Positions 10,201 to 19,112 of a DNA stretch of 64,000 nt are shown one piece after another. A program made the position numbers and the translations under genes. Positions within the stretch are counted from its first letter, which is position 1; every line of letters begins with the position of its first letter. The DNA is taken from the NCBI GenBank assembly GCA_043228905.1, contig JBHGNT010000004.1, forward strand, positions 10,416,001 to 10,480,000, given 5' to 3'. The notes beneath the pieces were generated by a model, which saw only the letters and a list, made by a program, of their open reading frames with translations, made no database searches and was not told where the DNA came from. The stretch is from Azolla caroliniana (lineage: Eukaryota; Plantae; Polypodiophyta).

Positions 10201-11290
10201 TCAGCCACACGTCTCCTATACCGGCAATTCGGCATGTACCTTCATTTCCCATCCGGACACACCCGTGCTCACCGGCTGTGTAGGATGAGAAGTATTTCTT
10301 CTCCGGGGTCAGGTGGAACGACGCTCCGGAATCGACCACCCAGGTCATCTCTACGCCGGCAAGGTTCAGCTCCCTCTCTTCGGTAATGAGCATTATCTCT
10401 TCTTCACTTGCCGCGAGTGCCGTCGTTCCTTTCCGGTCCTGCCCTCGCCGATCCGGACCTCTCCGGTCCGTGGCTCCCCGGTATGCACCGTTTCTCTCCG
10501 GTGACTTCTTCGAATCGGTGTCGTCGGCTCCGTTGTCCTTTCGGTAATGCCGACAATTCTTCCGGAAGTGCCCCGGCTTCCCACAGTGGAAGCAAATGGG
10601 TCTTCCTCTTGACTGCGACCGGGTCCCCGACTTCTCCCGTCTTTGCGGACTCCGGTTCCAGTGTCTTCCCCGTTCCGATTCGGTAAGCAGCGCCTTCGAG
10701 TCGGAGGCCGGTTCTTTATCTCTCCGACGCGCTTCTTCATTTAGAATACTTGTCTTTACCGTTTGTAGGGACAAGTTGTCTTCCGTGCAGGAGGTGCTGA
10801 GAGTCACCACCAAGTTCTCCCAGCTGTCCGGCAATGTACACATCAGGATGATGGCTTGCATTGCATCCTCCAACGGGAACTTGATCGCCGCAAGCTGGTT
10901 CACGAATCCCATGAACGTGCTTACGTGTTCCACCATACTCTCGCCGTCCCGGTACTTGAGGTTCACTATCTTTCTCATCAGGGAGGTCCGGTTCAACGCA
11001 TTCTTCCTCTCATAGAGGCCCGACAGCTTCTTCCACATCTCATAGGCGTTCGTATCGTTCGCCACATGTTGCAGGACACTTACATCGACATATTGCCGGA
11101 TCGTCGCTACTGCTTTCCGGTTCAGGAGCTTCCACTCCGACTCAAGTACTCCCTTCGGTATTTCCGACCTGTCAATCGGTTCGTACAGGTCCCGAACAAT
11201 CAGAAGATCCTCCATCTTGATCTTCCAGTCGGCGTAATTCTGCGCATTCAGCACCATCATTCCCGGCTGCCCGCTACCGCCGCCTTCCAT
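7214..11290 (-). CDS. Copia Gag-Pol polyprotein (gag-CCHC-PR-INT-RT-RNase H), 1358 aa
   Basis: Uninterrupted ORF from the ATG at 11290 (MEGGGSG..). Motifs CFHCGKPGHFRKNC, WVVDSGAS, WHKRLCH..C..C, DDE core, YVDDML, RNase H (SDSDM-like, YCDSQSAI, TKHIQRRYH). Confidence 0.95.
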   Translation of the reverse strand: MEGGGSGQPGMMVLNAQNYADWKIKMEDLLIVRDLYEPIDRSEIPKGVLESEWKLLNRKAVATIRQYVDVSVLQHVANDTNAYEMWKKLSGLYERKNALNRTSLMRKIVNLKYRDGESMVEHVSTFMGFVNQLAAIKFPLEDAMQAIILMCTLPDSWENLVVTLSTSCTEDNLSLQTVKTSILNEEARRRDKEPASDSKALLTESERGRHWNRSPQRREKSGTRSQSRGRPICFHCGKPGHFRKNCRHYRKDNGADDTDSKKSPERNGAYRGATDRRGPDRRGQDRKGTTALAASEEEIMLITEERELNLAGVEMTWVVDSGASFHLTPEKKYFSSYTAGEHGCVRMGNEGTCRIAGIGDVWLMTSTGCKMLLKDVRHVPEVRLNLISAGRLDDEGYTGSIRNGVMKFSKGSLIVARARKVNTLYLMNARLCPEELNVAADTAGELWHKRLCHMSEKGMKRLAEDNLIPVKHVHLEKCTDCLAGKQNRTSFHSRPPTRRSAPLELVHTDVCQVETKSHGGAQYFVTFIDDHSRKLWTAPLKTKDQVLSVFRELHARVERESGKKLKAIRADNGGEYRGQFQEYCRSKGIRLEFTVPKTPELNGLAERMNRTIMERVRSMLAHAKLPKGFWAEAMSTATYVINRSPSVPLDGDTPQKVWTGKEVSYRHLKVFGCLTYVHVAKDRRGKLDPKTRPCIFLGYGDDEFGYRVWDPVDKKIFRSRDIIFMEDKTLADWESEKKMKSSKSTGEDKLYEEQSRPARDRLTLEDPAEDGEETEPAEEDENDTGTGPDPEMDSDEEEESEEPVTEAPERRYPLRERRAPRRFPEPEHVLLTDEGEPESFEEAKHDTQSRRWLSAMQEEMDSLHENHTYELVELPKGKRALRNKWVFKLKPGDAGNPQRYKARIVVKGFQQKKGVDFDEIFAPVVKMTSIRTVLSIAASMDLEVEQMDVKTAFLHGDLDEEIYMQQPEGFEKKGKEHLVCRLKKSLYGLKQAPRQWYRKFDSFMTDEGYLKTQSDHYVFVKKFEGGDFLILLLYVDDMLIVGRDQVKIRMLKKALHQTFSMKDLGPARKILGMHIIRDRKKKQLWLSQEKYVTKVLHRFNMSEARPVGSTLPANCKLSSKQSPKTKAEKEDMMKVPYASAVGSLMYAMVCTRPDIGYAVGVVSRYMSNPGKEHWNAVKWILRYLKGTANVCLRFGSGKPEFDGFTDSDMSADADTSRSTSGYVMTYAGGAVSWQSRLQKTVALSTTEAEYMAAVEAGKEIIWMKDFIRELGIQQEEYRLYCDSQSAIHLAKNAAYHSRTKHIQRRYHWIRERIEDKEFVLTKIHTDENGSDMLTKVLTPDKLEACRKRIGLERHPMPK

Positions 11291-11324
11291 CTTCTGTGTT
11301 AACCTCGTCGCTCTGATACCACTT

Positions 11325-11967
11325 TGTAAAGCTTTGACGCTATCAAAGCTTTCGCCTCTCGGCCACAACCGAGACAACACGGATCAATGCAGCAGAAAAT
11401 AAAAACAAAGACACAGAGAGATGAATACACAGGGTATAACGTGGAAAACCCTAAACGGGAAAAACCACGGGAGTGCACGACTCCAACTACCACTATACAC
11501 TGGAATATACAATGGCGAGCTGCAAGGCGACGACCTTGAGCTCGCTGTCCTCGCCACAGGCGGCGGTATTACACAGAGGCGTCGACCTCTTCGGTTCTCT
11601 CTCTCTCTCTCTCGCGGCTGCTCTCACTTCGCTCCCTCTAAGTGGAAAAACAGAAAATGAGCAACAACATTAACTGTTTGCCCTAAGTCATATTTATACA
11701 CATATGACTTTCGGGCTATTTACAAATATAACCTCAAGGGCTCTTGGCAAACATATTCACAAATATGTCCCCGCATCCGGATCTCTCTCTCCGGGTACAT
11801 TCGTCATCCGGCTCCGTAGCCGGGGTCTTCAGCATCCGGCTCCGTAACCGGGTACTCTTCATCCGGCTTCATGCCGGGTACTCTTCATCCTACGGTTCCG
11901 TAACAGCCTCCGGGCTTGCCGTCATTCATCTCCGGACATCCCATCCGGAGGGACCGAAATCCCAACA
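11325..11967 (-). repeat. 5' LTR of copia D (643 bp)
   Basis: Adjacent to the Met PBS; direct repeat of 6533-7203. Confidence 0.95.
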
Positions 11968-13821
11968 GATACTAGTCCAATCAGAATTGGATGGGTTATT
12001 AACCAAGAAGATGAAGATTGCAACCAATATGCAATTCGGTTTGGCGCGAAAGTGTTAAGTGACAGGCAAAGAAGGTATGCCCAAGTGAAGAGGGAGCTAT
12101 GGGGAATCGTCTCGGCAATCAAATCTGATCGTGATTACCTTATTGGAGCAGAAGTCATAATTGAGACAGATTGCCTACCAAATTTGGTATGATATCTAGA
12201 TGTAATACACCAGATATTGCCATGTTGCGTTGGATTGCATATATCAAATCACTCAACCCGGAGATCCATCATGTAGCTGGGAAGCGTAATGTCATTGCAG
12301 ACATGCTATCACGAGCGAGATACGACGGAGAAGAAGATCGACATTCTGATGAAGATGATGTTGGCTTGGATTTCTTTGCAAGTTCCTACGCTCGGGTGTT
12401 GACTACTTTCATAGAAGAGGACTACGAAGGCGAATTCGTGGAGATCGGGAAATACTTGACTTCTCTCCAAAAAGATGAATCATGGTCGACGGAAGACTTC
12501 CATCGAATTCGGAAGAAGGCATACAAGTATTTCCTTAAGGATGGAGCTCTTTGGAGGCATGCAAAAAAGAAGAATGGGACTCCGATGAGAGTTGTCTACA
12601 AGCTAGAAGACCAACAAAAACTAATGTCCGAATTTCATGATAGTGTTTTTGCAGGCCATCGAGGAATATGGGCTACGTTTGCGAAGCTTAAGGAGAAATA
12701 TTGGTGGCCGGGCATCTACAAAGATGTAGCAGCTTATGTGGAAACATGTAAGGAATGTCAAATGTTTTCGAATATTCGCCATCGAGATGGACTTCATCCG
12801 ACTTACCCATTGGCTATGCATTACAAGTGGATGGTGGACATCGTGATGATGCCAATGGGGCGATGGCAGATGAAGTATCTTGTGCTCGTGAGAGAGGATC
12901 TTACCAATCCAGTTGAAGGGCGAGCATTAAGAACTAAGGAGACATCATCGGTATGCCGATTCCTTCTTGAAGATGTTATTTGCAGATATGGATGCGTCGG
13001 CAAGATAGTGGTTGATAGAGGCGAGTTGGACGCCAATGAAGCTAGAGAATTCTTCTCGAGGATGGGAATCAAATTATCTCTTACCATGGCGTATAATCCG
13101 GAAGCAAATGGGAAGGTGGAACATGGACATGGACCGATTGTGAAGGCTCTAGTGAAAGCTTGCCATGGGAAAATAGGAGAATGGTCACGTCTATTGCCAT
13201 TTGCACTATGGGCTAACAGGACTACTCATAGTACGGTGACGGGATACATGCTGGCAGAGCTCATATTCGGACAAAAGCCAATAATGCCTGTAGAACAAAG
13301 TATTATTTCATGGTTTGCATTGCCATGGCAAGATGAGATAAGTAGAGAAGATCTTCTAGCATTGGGGATTCGACAATTAGAGCGGAATTTGGAAGATATA
13401 GAGGTGGCTAAAGCGCGGCTAAAGAATGCAAGGCTAAAGAACAAGAAAGACTTCGATAAACGACATCGACTTCGGCCGAGAAAAATCTTTGAAGGAGATT
13501 GGGTGCTAGTCTATGACAATAGCCTAGATAACCAACATAGTACGGCTCGAAAATTCTCACAACGATGGTTTGGGCCATATGTGGTGAAGAAAGTGGAAGA
13601 TAATGCAACATATCATTTAGTAGAACTGGATGGTACACCACTTGCCTTGCCAATTGCCGGTAAAAGAATCAAGATCTTTAAGAGAAGAGATAGAATAGAA
13701 TTTGGATTCAAAGCTTTTGACGATTTAGTCTTAAGCATCGATGAAAAAGTATAGTAAACAAAAGTGGAGCCTCACCAAAATTGGCAAATACCGGTGGATG
13801 TGCAAGTTTGGTGGGGGCGAA

Positions 13822-15524
13822 TGTCGTGTGAATCTTCACTCACTATGTAAAAAAATAATGAAATAATTATTATAGATTAGATTAGTAACTTACTATAGAA
13901 TGATGGATATACTCCAGAGCTTCAAAACGTATTTTCCTATATACAAAATGGAGAAATACATATCAACTTATGTGAAAATAAAGTTTGAGAAGATAGGGAA
14001 ATTAGAACTATCCCACATAGATAAGAAAGTTAAGGCCCTGGCTATATAACCACCTTGAGCTCCCTCATTTTTCATTTGTGCTAAGAGCACTTTGGCCACT
14101 TTGTCTTGATGGATGATGGTGGCCAAATTCCCTAAAACCGGAAACTAGCCGGTAAACAAATCCGGAAACCAGCTGGTAAGCAAATCCGGAAACCGTTCGG
14201 TAAGCAAATCCGGAAATCGGCTGGTATGCAAAACCGGAAATAGGCCGGCAAGCAAACTGGAACTGGAAACCGATCGGTATGCAAACCGGAACCGGAACCG
14301 GAACCGGCAAGCAAACCGGAACTTGAAATGGCCGACAAGCAAAATCGGAAACGGAACCGGTATGCAAACCGGAAATCGGCCGGTAAGCAAAACCGGAATC
14401 TGGAAACTGGTTGGTAAGCAAATCCGGAAACCGGTCTGGTAAGCAAAACCGGAATCTGGAAACCGGCTGGTATGCAAACCGGAAACATGTCGGTAAGCAA
14501 AACTGGAACCGGAACCGGCATGCAAACCGGAACTGGAAACCGGTCGGTATGCAAACCGGAAACCGGAACCGACAAGCAAAACCAGAACCGACCGGCAAGC
14601 AAAACCGGAAACCGGCCGGTAAGCAAAACCGGAACCGCAACCGACAAGCAAAATGGAACCAGCCGGCGAGGGATTTGGCGATCGGGCGGAATCGGCTACC
14701 GGATGAGGTTGGACGCGGACGGACGGAAGATTGGATCATGCAACAAACTAAAGTAAAGTGAAGAGAACTAAAGTAAAGGCCATGTGGACGCAAACTAAAG
14801 TTGGAGTGCATGCAAAAAGTAAAGGTCATGTGGACGGTCACATGCAACTAAACGAAAAAGCCATGCAACTAAAAGAAAAAGCTAAGCAACTAAAAGTAGA
14901 GGCCATGCAACAAAAAGTGGAAAGGCTATGATCAAGAGAGAACTCCATATATATTCCATTTTTTTTCCTACACTCGATCTCTCTCCATATTATCTTAAAT
15001 TTTTTCCATTTCTTTGGGAGCTCTCTTTTCTTATCGAAGCAAGAACCTTAAATTTCCTTACGGAAGTCATAAACCCTAATTTCCTAATCAAAGCCATATA
15101 ACTCCGGTTCCGGTTTGCTTGCCGGCCTATTTCCGATTTTGCATACCTGCCGGTTTCCAGATTTGCTTACCGAATGGTTTCCGGATTTGTTTACCGGCCA
15201 GTTTCCGGTTTTAGGGAATTTGGCCACCATCATCCATCAAGACAAAGTGGCCAAAGTGCTCTTAGCACAAATGAAAAATGAGGGAGCTCAAGGTGGTTAT
15301 ATAGCCAAGGCCTTAACTTTCTTATCTATGTGGGATAGTTCTAATTTCCCTATCTTCTCAAACTTTATTTTCACATAAGTTGATATGTATTTCTCCATTT
15401 TGTATATAGGAAAATACGTTTTGAAGCTCTAGAGTATATCCATCATTCTATAGTAAGCTACTAATCTAATCTATAATAATTATTTCATTATTTTTTTACA
15501 TAGTGTGTGAAGATTCACACGACA
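13822..15524. repeat. 3' LTR of element B ending in an inverted copy of its own first ~420 bp (arms ~13822-14266 and ~15104-15524)
   Basis: TGTCGTGTGAATCTTCAC... at 13822 is the reverse complement of ...GTGAAGATTCACACGACA at 15524. The arms align with few mismatches and one repeat-unit indel. Confidence 0.9.
14137..14660. repeat. CCGG-rich degenerate tandem array (~24-30-bp units, e.g. CCGGAAACCGGCCGGTAAGCAAAA) in the U3 of element B LTR
   Basis: Visible reiteration of ccggaaacc/gtaagcaaa/gtatgcaaa motifs, which produces low-complexity shadow ORFs. Confidence 0.85.
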
Positions 15525-17090
15525 ACGTAGGGTAGAAAATGTGCCATCTTGGTAAACTGATCCACTACGATTAAAATAGCATCAAAACCTTGTGAAGGTG
15601 GTAGATCTGTAATGAAATCCATAGTAATTGACTGTCATGGCTTGCTCGGAGTTGGCAATGGTGGTAACAACCCATAAGGATGATGCCTAGGCATTTTAGC
15701 TCAACAACATGTGTCACATGTGCAAACATAATCTTCAACGAATTGTTGTAAATGAGGCCACCAAAATGATCGCTTCACTAGCTCCATGGTCATGGAAATA
15801 CCAAAGTGTTCGGCCATACGGGCATCAAGACAGTGCTCCAACACTCGAAGGCGTGGTGATCCATCATGGACATAAAGTAGATTCTTGTAGAAAAGTAAGT
15901 TATCTTGCCACTTGAACTCCTTATAGCGTCGAGATGTCCCTGGCAATGTGGAGCAAAATGCATGATTTGGACTAAGGTGGGTGAGGACATCCTTAGCAAA
16001 ATCATTAGAGTTAAGTTGTTGTCGAATAGTATCAATAAGACTTGAATCCAATGGCGTGGCACAAACCGTGGTTGCTTGTAGCTTTGTTGGACCAAGGAGA
16101 AGTTGCTTTTGATTGTCGAAAGCTGGATCTCCAGGGCGAAGTGCCAAATATGAGCATCGAGATAGAGCATCTGGTTGCCCTTGTTGGTTCCCTGGGCGAA
16201 AAATGATCTTGAAATCAAAACGAGTTAAACATTGCACCCACCGAGCTTGTCTCCTATTTAGCACTCGAGCCGTTTGAAAATATGTAAGATTTTTGTGGTC
16301 ACTGTAAATGATGATTTGATGAGGCGAACCTTCTAGGAAATGTCGCCATTGTGCAAAAGAGTCGACCACAACTAGTAACTCTTTGTCATGCACCTCGTAG
16401 TTGATCTCCGCAGCATTAAACTTTCTTGAGTGAAACGCGACTGGATGTAAGTGCCCATCTTCACTTGGTTGTGAGAGGACGCTCCCCAATGCAAAGTCGG
16501 ATGCATATGCCTCAATGAAAAATGGCTTTTTTGGATCAACATGAGCTAAGACAGGAGCTGATGTGAATGCCTCTTTCAACTGAGTAAAGGCTTTGTCTAC
16601 TCCAAGAGTCCAAACAAATGCTTGATTTTTCTTGGTGAGTTGAGTAAGTGGCAATACAATCTTCGAATAATTCCATATGAATTTGCGATAGATGTTGGAA
16701 AATCCAAGGAAACACTGGACATCGCGAACGGAACTTGGAGTATGCCATTCCAATACTGTTCGAACTTTCGCTAGATCCATGAAGATACCTTTGGATGAAA
16801 TGGTATAACCCAAGAACTCAACTTCTTTGCAATCAAAACTACACTTCTCTAGTTTGGCATAAAGACCATACTCTCTTAAGAGTTGGAATACCTTCCGAAC
16901 ATGTATATCATGCTCCACTTGTGTTCTAGAGTAAATCAATAGATCATCTAAATAGATGATAAGAAAGATATCTAGAAAATCTCGGAAAAATGTCATTTGC
17001 CATATGTTGAAACACGGCAGGAGCATTTGTGAGCCCAAAAGGCATAACTGTATACTCGAAATGGCCATATCGAGTGTGAAATGCATTGTG
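15525..17090 (-). pseudogene. Chromovirus-type (Tcn1-like) Ty3/gypsy pol fragment: RT-RNase H-integrase N-part
   Basis: [64 protein letters not shown]-like, [24 protein letters not shown]. Frameshifted. Confidence 0.85.
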
Positions 17091-17126
17091 AACAACTCCT
17101 TCCACTCGTCGTTTTAAGAGGAATAG

Positions 17127-17584
17127 TATCATGAATCCATGAACATTATGTGGCTTCACTTGGGCTTAAACCCAAGACCTTGTAATACATAATTAAGAAC
17201 CTAACCATTAAGATAACATATGATTATATGGAATAATAAAAGCTACTTCTTGTAATAGACTGATATTGTAAATGTTCTAGAACATCCTAGAACATCCTAG
17301 AACATTCTAGAACATTCTAGAATATCCTAGAACATCTTAGAATATTCTAGGTCTAGAACATTATAGAAATCACTAGGTTATTCTATAGGAACCTATAAAT
17401 ATGGACATACAATTCTTCTCAAAACCAATTCGAATCAACACCAGTCTTAAGCTCTCATCGCCTATCTTGTATCCATTCTTATTCTACTTTAATACATTCA
17501 TTCTTCTCTTATCATTTCATTCCTCTTCATATGATCTCTTTATATCTTTCTTCTATCACTTTACCTTCTCTCTTGGTTCTGACA
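17127..17584 (+). repeat. 3' LTR of a probable chromovirus, preceded by a purine tract, inserted in a LINE; carries an HSE-like array
   Basis: Reverse-complement homologue of solo LTR 26829-27266 (start TG>TA mutated, end GACA). AAGAGGAATAG immediately upstream. TATAAAT at 17394. Confidence 0.8.
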
Positions 17585-17760
17585 CTATCCGCCTCCAAAG
17601 ACAAGGTACCATATCAAAAGCTTTCTTGAAGTCTACAAAGCAACCATATAAACCTTTACCTCTAAGACGACTTTCCTCCATTAATACTCGAAGAGTGAAA
17701 AGATGATCAATGGTGCTATGGTGTTTTCGAAAACTAGCTTGTCCATAAGCTCTCTTACCA
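17585..17760 (-). pseudogene. LINE reverse transcriptase fragment (early RT domains)
   Basis: GQASFRKHHSTIDHLFTL...CFVDFKKAFDMV. Confidence 0.8.
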
Positions 17761-19032
17761 GAGATAGATAGATAGATTATGTTATTGTCTTCGGAGGTCA
17801 AATATGACCTATGAGACCAAAAATATTACATTTCACGTGATACGTGTGAAAGTGAGTAGTGACTCTTGATGTTCAAGAACTTTACCAATGAATGTTTCAA
17901 TCGAGAGTGCACATTGTGGTTGTGAGAGGAATTCATGCAAAGATTGGGCTCGGTCGAAGAGATGTGGAAAGCATGGTTGAATATGATCAAAGGCAGAGCA
18001 TTGTATCAAAGTGTGATACTCAAGACTCACGAACTTGTTTAGGGCAAAGTGTGCATAGCCGACCACTCTCATCACTTATGCCCCAACGCCCTGTTTCACA
18101 TCGCAATGCATGTTGGTTCGAATGGCAGATAACGGTATGGACTCTAACATGTATTGATGTGTACGATTTCCCCATTCCACAAAGAATATGGTTTTGTAGT
18201 TAGGTGCAACATGTGTAGTATAATTTGTGAAGCACGAGCCTCCACATATGTCCCATGTCATGATACATTGGCGTTGCAAAAAGGCGTCATTTACAGAGGA
18301 ATCTAATGATGCATCATGAAGCAAGTGTCTCGCATCCCATTTACCAAATCATTTTTCTATATCTTGTATCCAACCGGAACACAAAATTTTACTTTTATGC
18401 GTCTTTTGGATCTTTTTGCTTGCTTCCCACGCAATTCTAGGAAGTCAATGTGAGGGACTTTTTTGAACCTTAAGCATGTATTCAACAACCCTTTCCATGG
18501 CCATGATCTCAATGGGAAGCGATCCCGTCTCAAGGAGGAGGAGGGTGTAGGGCGTTTGTTTCTTAACTTGTAGAAACTTTGTAAGAAAATGTTTTTGGAC
18601 ATTTTCAAACTCTTTCCACATAGATTTAGGGATGCTACCACCCCATACTTCCACCCCATAGAGAAGAACCGGTGTCACCAAAGTGTCGAAAAGATATTTC
18701 TTGAGGACCCAACACTTAATATCTCCAAGATTGCATGTGTTCTCAAATGCGTGGTATGCTCGCTTACCCGCCTCTAAGCGGTGTGTAGCACATTCATTCG
18801 ATCTATGATTTGACGGAACTTCAAGGCCAAGATATTTGAAGCTTTCCACACATTCAAGTGGCTCATTGTTGTACATAATGCATGTTTTTTCTCTTTTTTG
18901 GCTCTTCACAAGCATAATCTTTGTTTTAGAGCTATTGACACTTAATTTAGTATGCATGCAAATTTTTTCCAATGCCGTCATAAGCTTTTGTGCATCTCCT
19001 AAAGTATTTGCAAAAAGCACTACATCATCTGC

Positions 19033-19035
<3 letters not shown>
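17761..19035 (-). mobile_element. 3' part of a non-L1 LINE (RTEX/L2-like) with a (TATC)n tail
   Basis: YADDVVLFA..KTKIM..VESFKYLG..YGVEVWG..LLLETG in ORF 18445-19035. (GATA)n at ~17762-17777 marks a microsatellite 3' tail. Confidence 0.75.
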
Positions 19036-19101
<66 letters not shown>

Positions 19102-19112
19102 GAGAGAGAGAG
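19033..19112. repeat. Compound (AT)n(AG)n microsatellite at a LINE/copia-LTR junction
   Basis: Seen directly. Confidence 0.95.

Larger units (their letters stand above)
6533..11967 (-). mobile_element. Element D: complete, very young Ty1/copia retrotransposon (Tnt1/Tork-like)
   Basis: TG..CA LTRs at 6533-7203 and 11325-11967, 5-bp TSD GATAC (6528-6532 and 11968-11972), PBS TGGTATCAGAGC (tRNA-iMet, 11310-11321 rc), PPT AGGGGGAGTT (7204-7213 rc), single intact gag-pol ORF. Confidence 0.97.
4866..13754 (+). pseudogene. pol (RT-RNase H-integrase) of element B, split by the copia D insertion in RNase H
   Basis: ORFs 4935-5765, 5787-6532 and 11968-13754. Reading ...VTVDT| resumes as |SPIRIGWVINQ after the GATAC TSD. 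Confidence 0.85.
3148..15103 (+). mobile_element. Element B: decayed non-chromovirus Ty3/gypsy retrotransposon (gag-PR / RT-RH-INT, PPT, 3' LTR), interrupted by copia D; 5' part beyond element A
   Basis: Gag zinc knuckle CxWCDSxxHxxxxC (~3517), protease LIDHGSEIN (~4480), RT (DLYSGYDQ, LPQGATNS, FLDD), RNase H, integrase HHCC and core, GPY motif (RWFGPY). G-rich tract 13810-13821, then TGTCG at 13822. Several in-frame stops. Confidence 0.9.

Noticed and set aside
11291-11380. N-terminal 30 aa of the 1388-aa ORF call
   Set aside because: Runs through LTR U5 and the PBS from a non-ATG start; the plausible ATG is at 11290.
14065-14847. Several 100-260-aa ORFs on both strands
   Set aside because: Low-complexity translations of the LTR tandem array.
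13822-15524. Mutator/foldback DNA transposon with long TIRs
   Set aside because: No TSD, TG..CA ends, it directly follows the PPT of B, and it starts like the LTRs of G and H.
17127-17584. Solo LTR, or 5' LTR of the adjacent minus-strand pol
   Set aside because: Flanks AATAG/CTATC are not a TSD, and the TATA/HSE orientation plus the upstream purine tract indicate a plus-strand 3' LTR.
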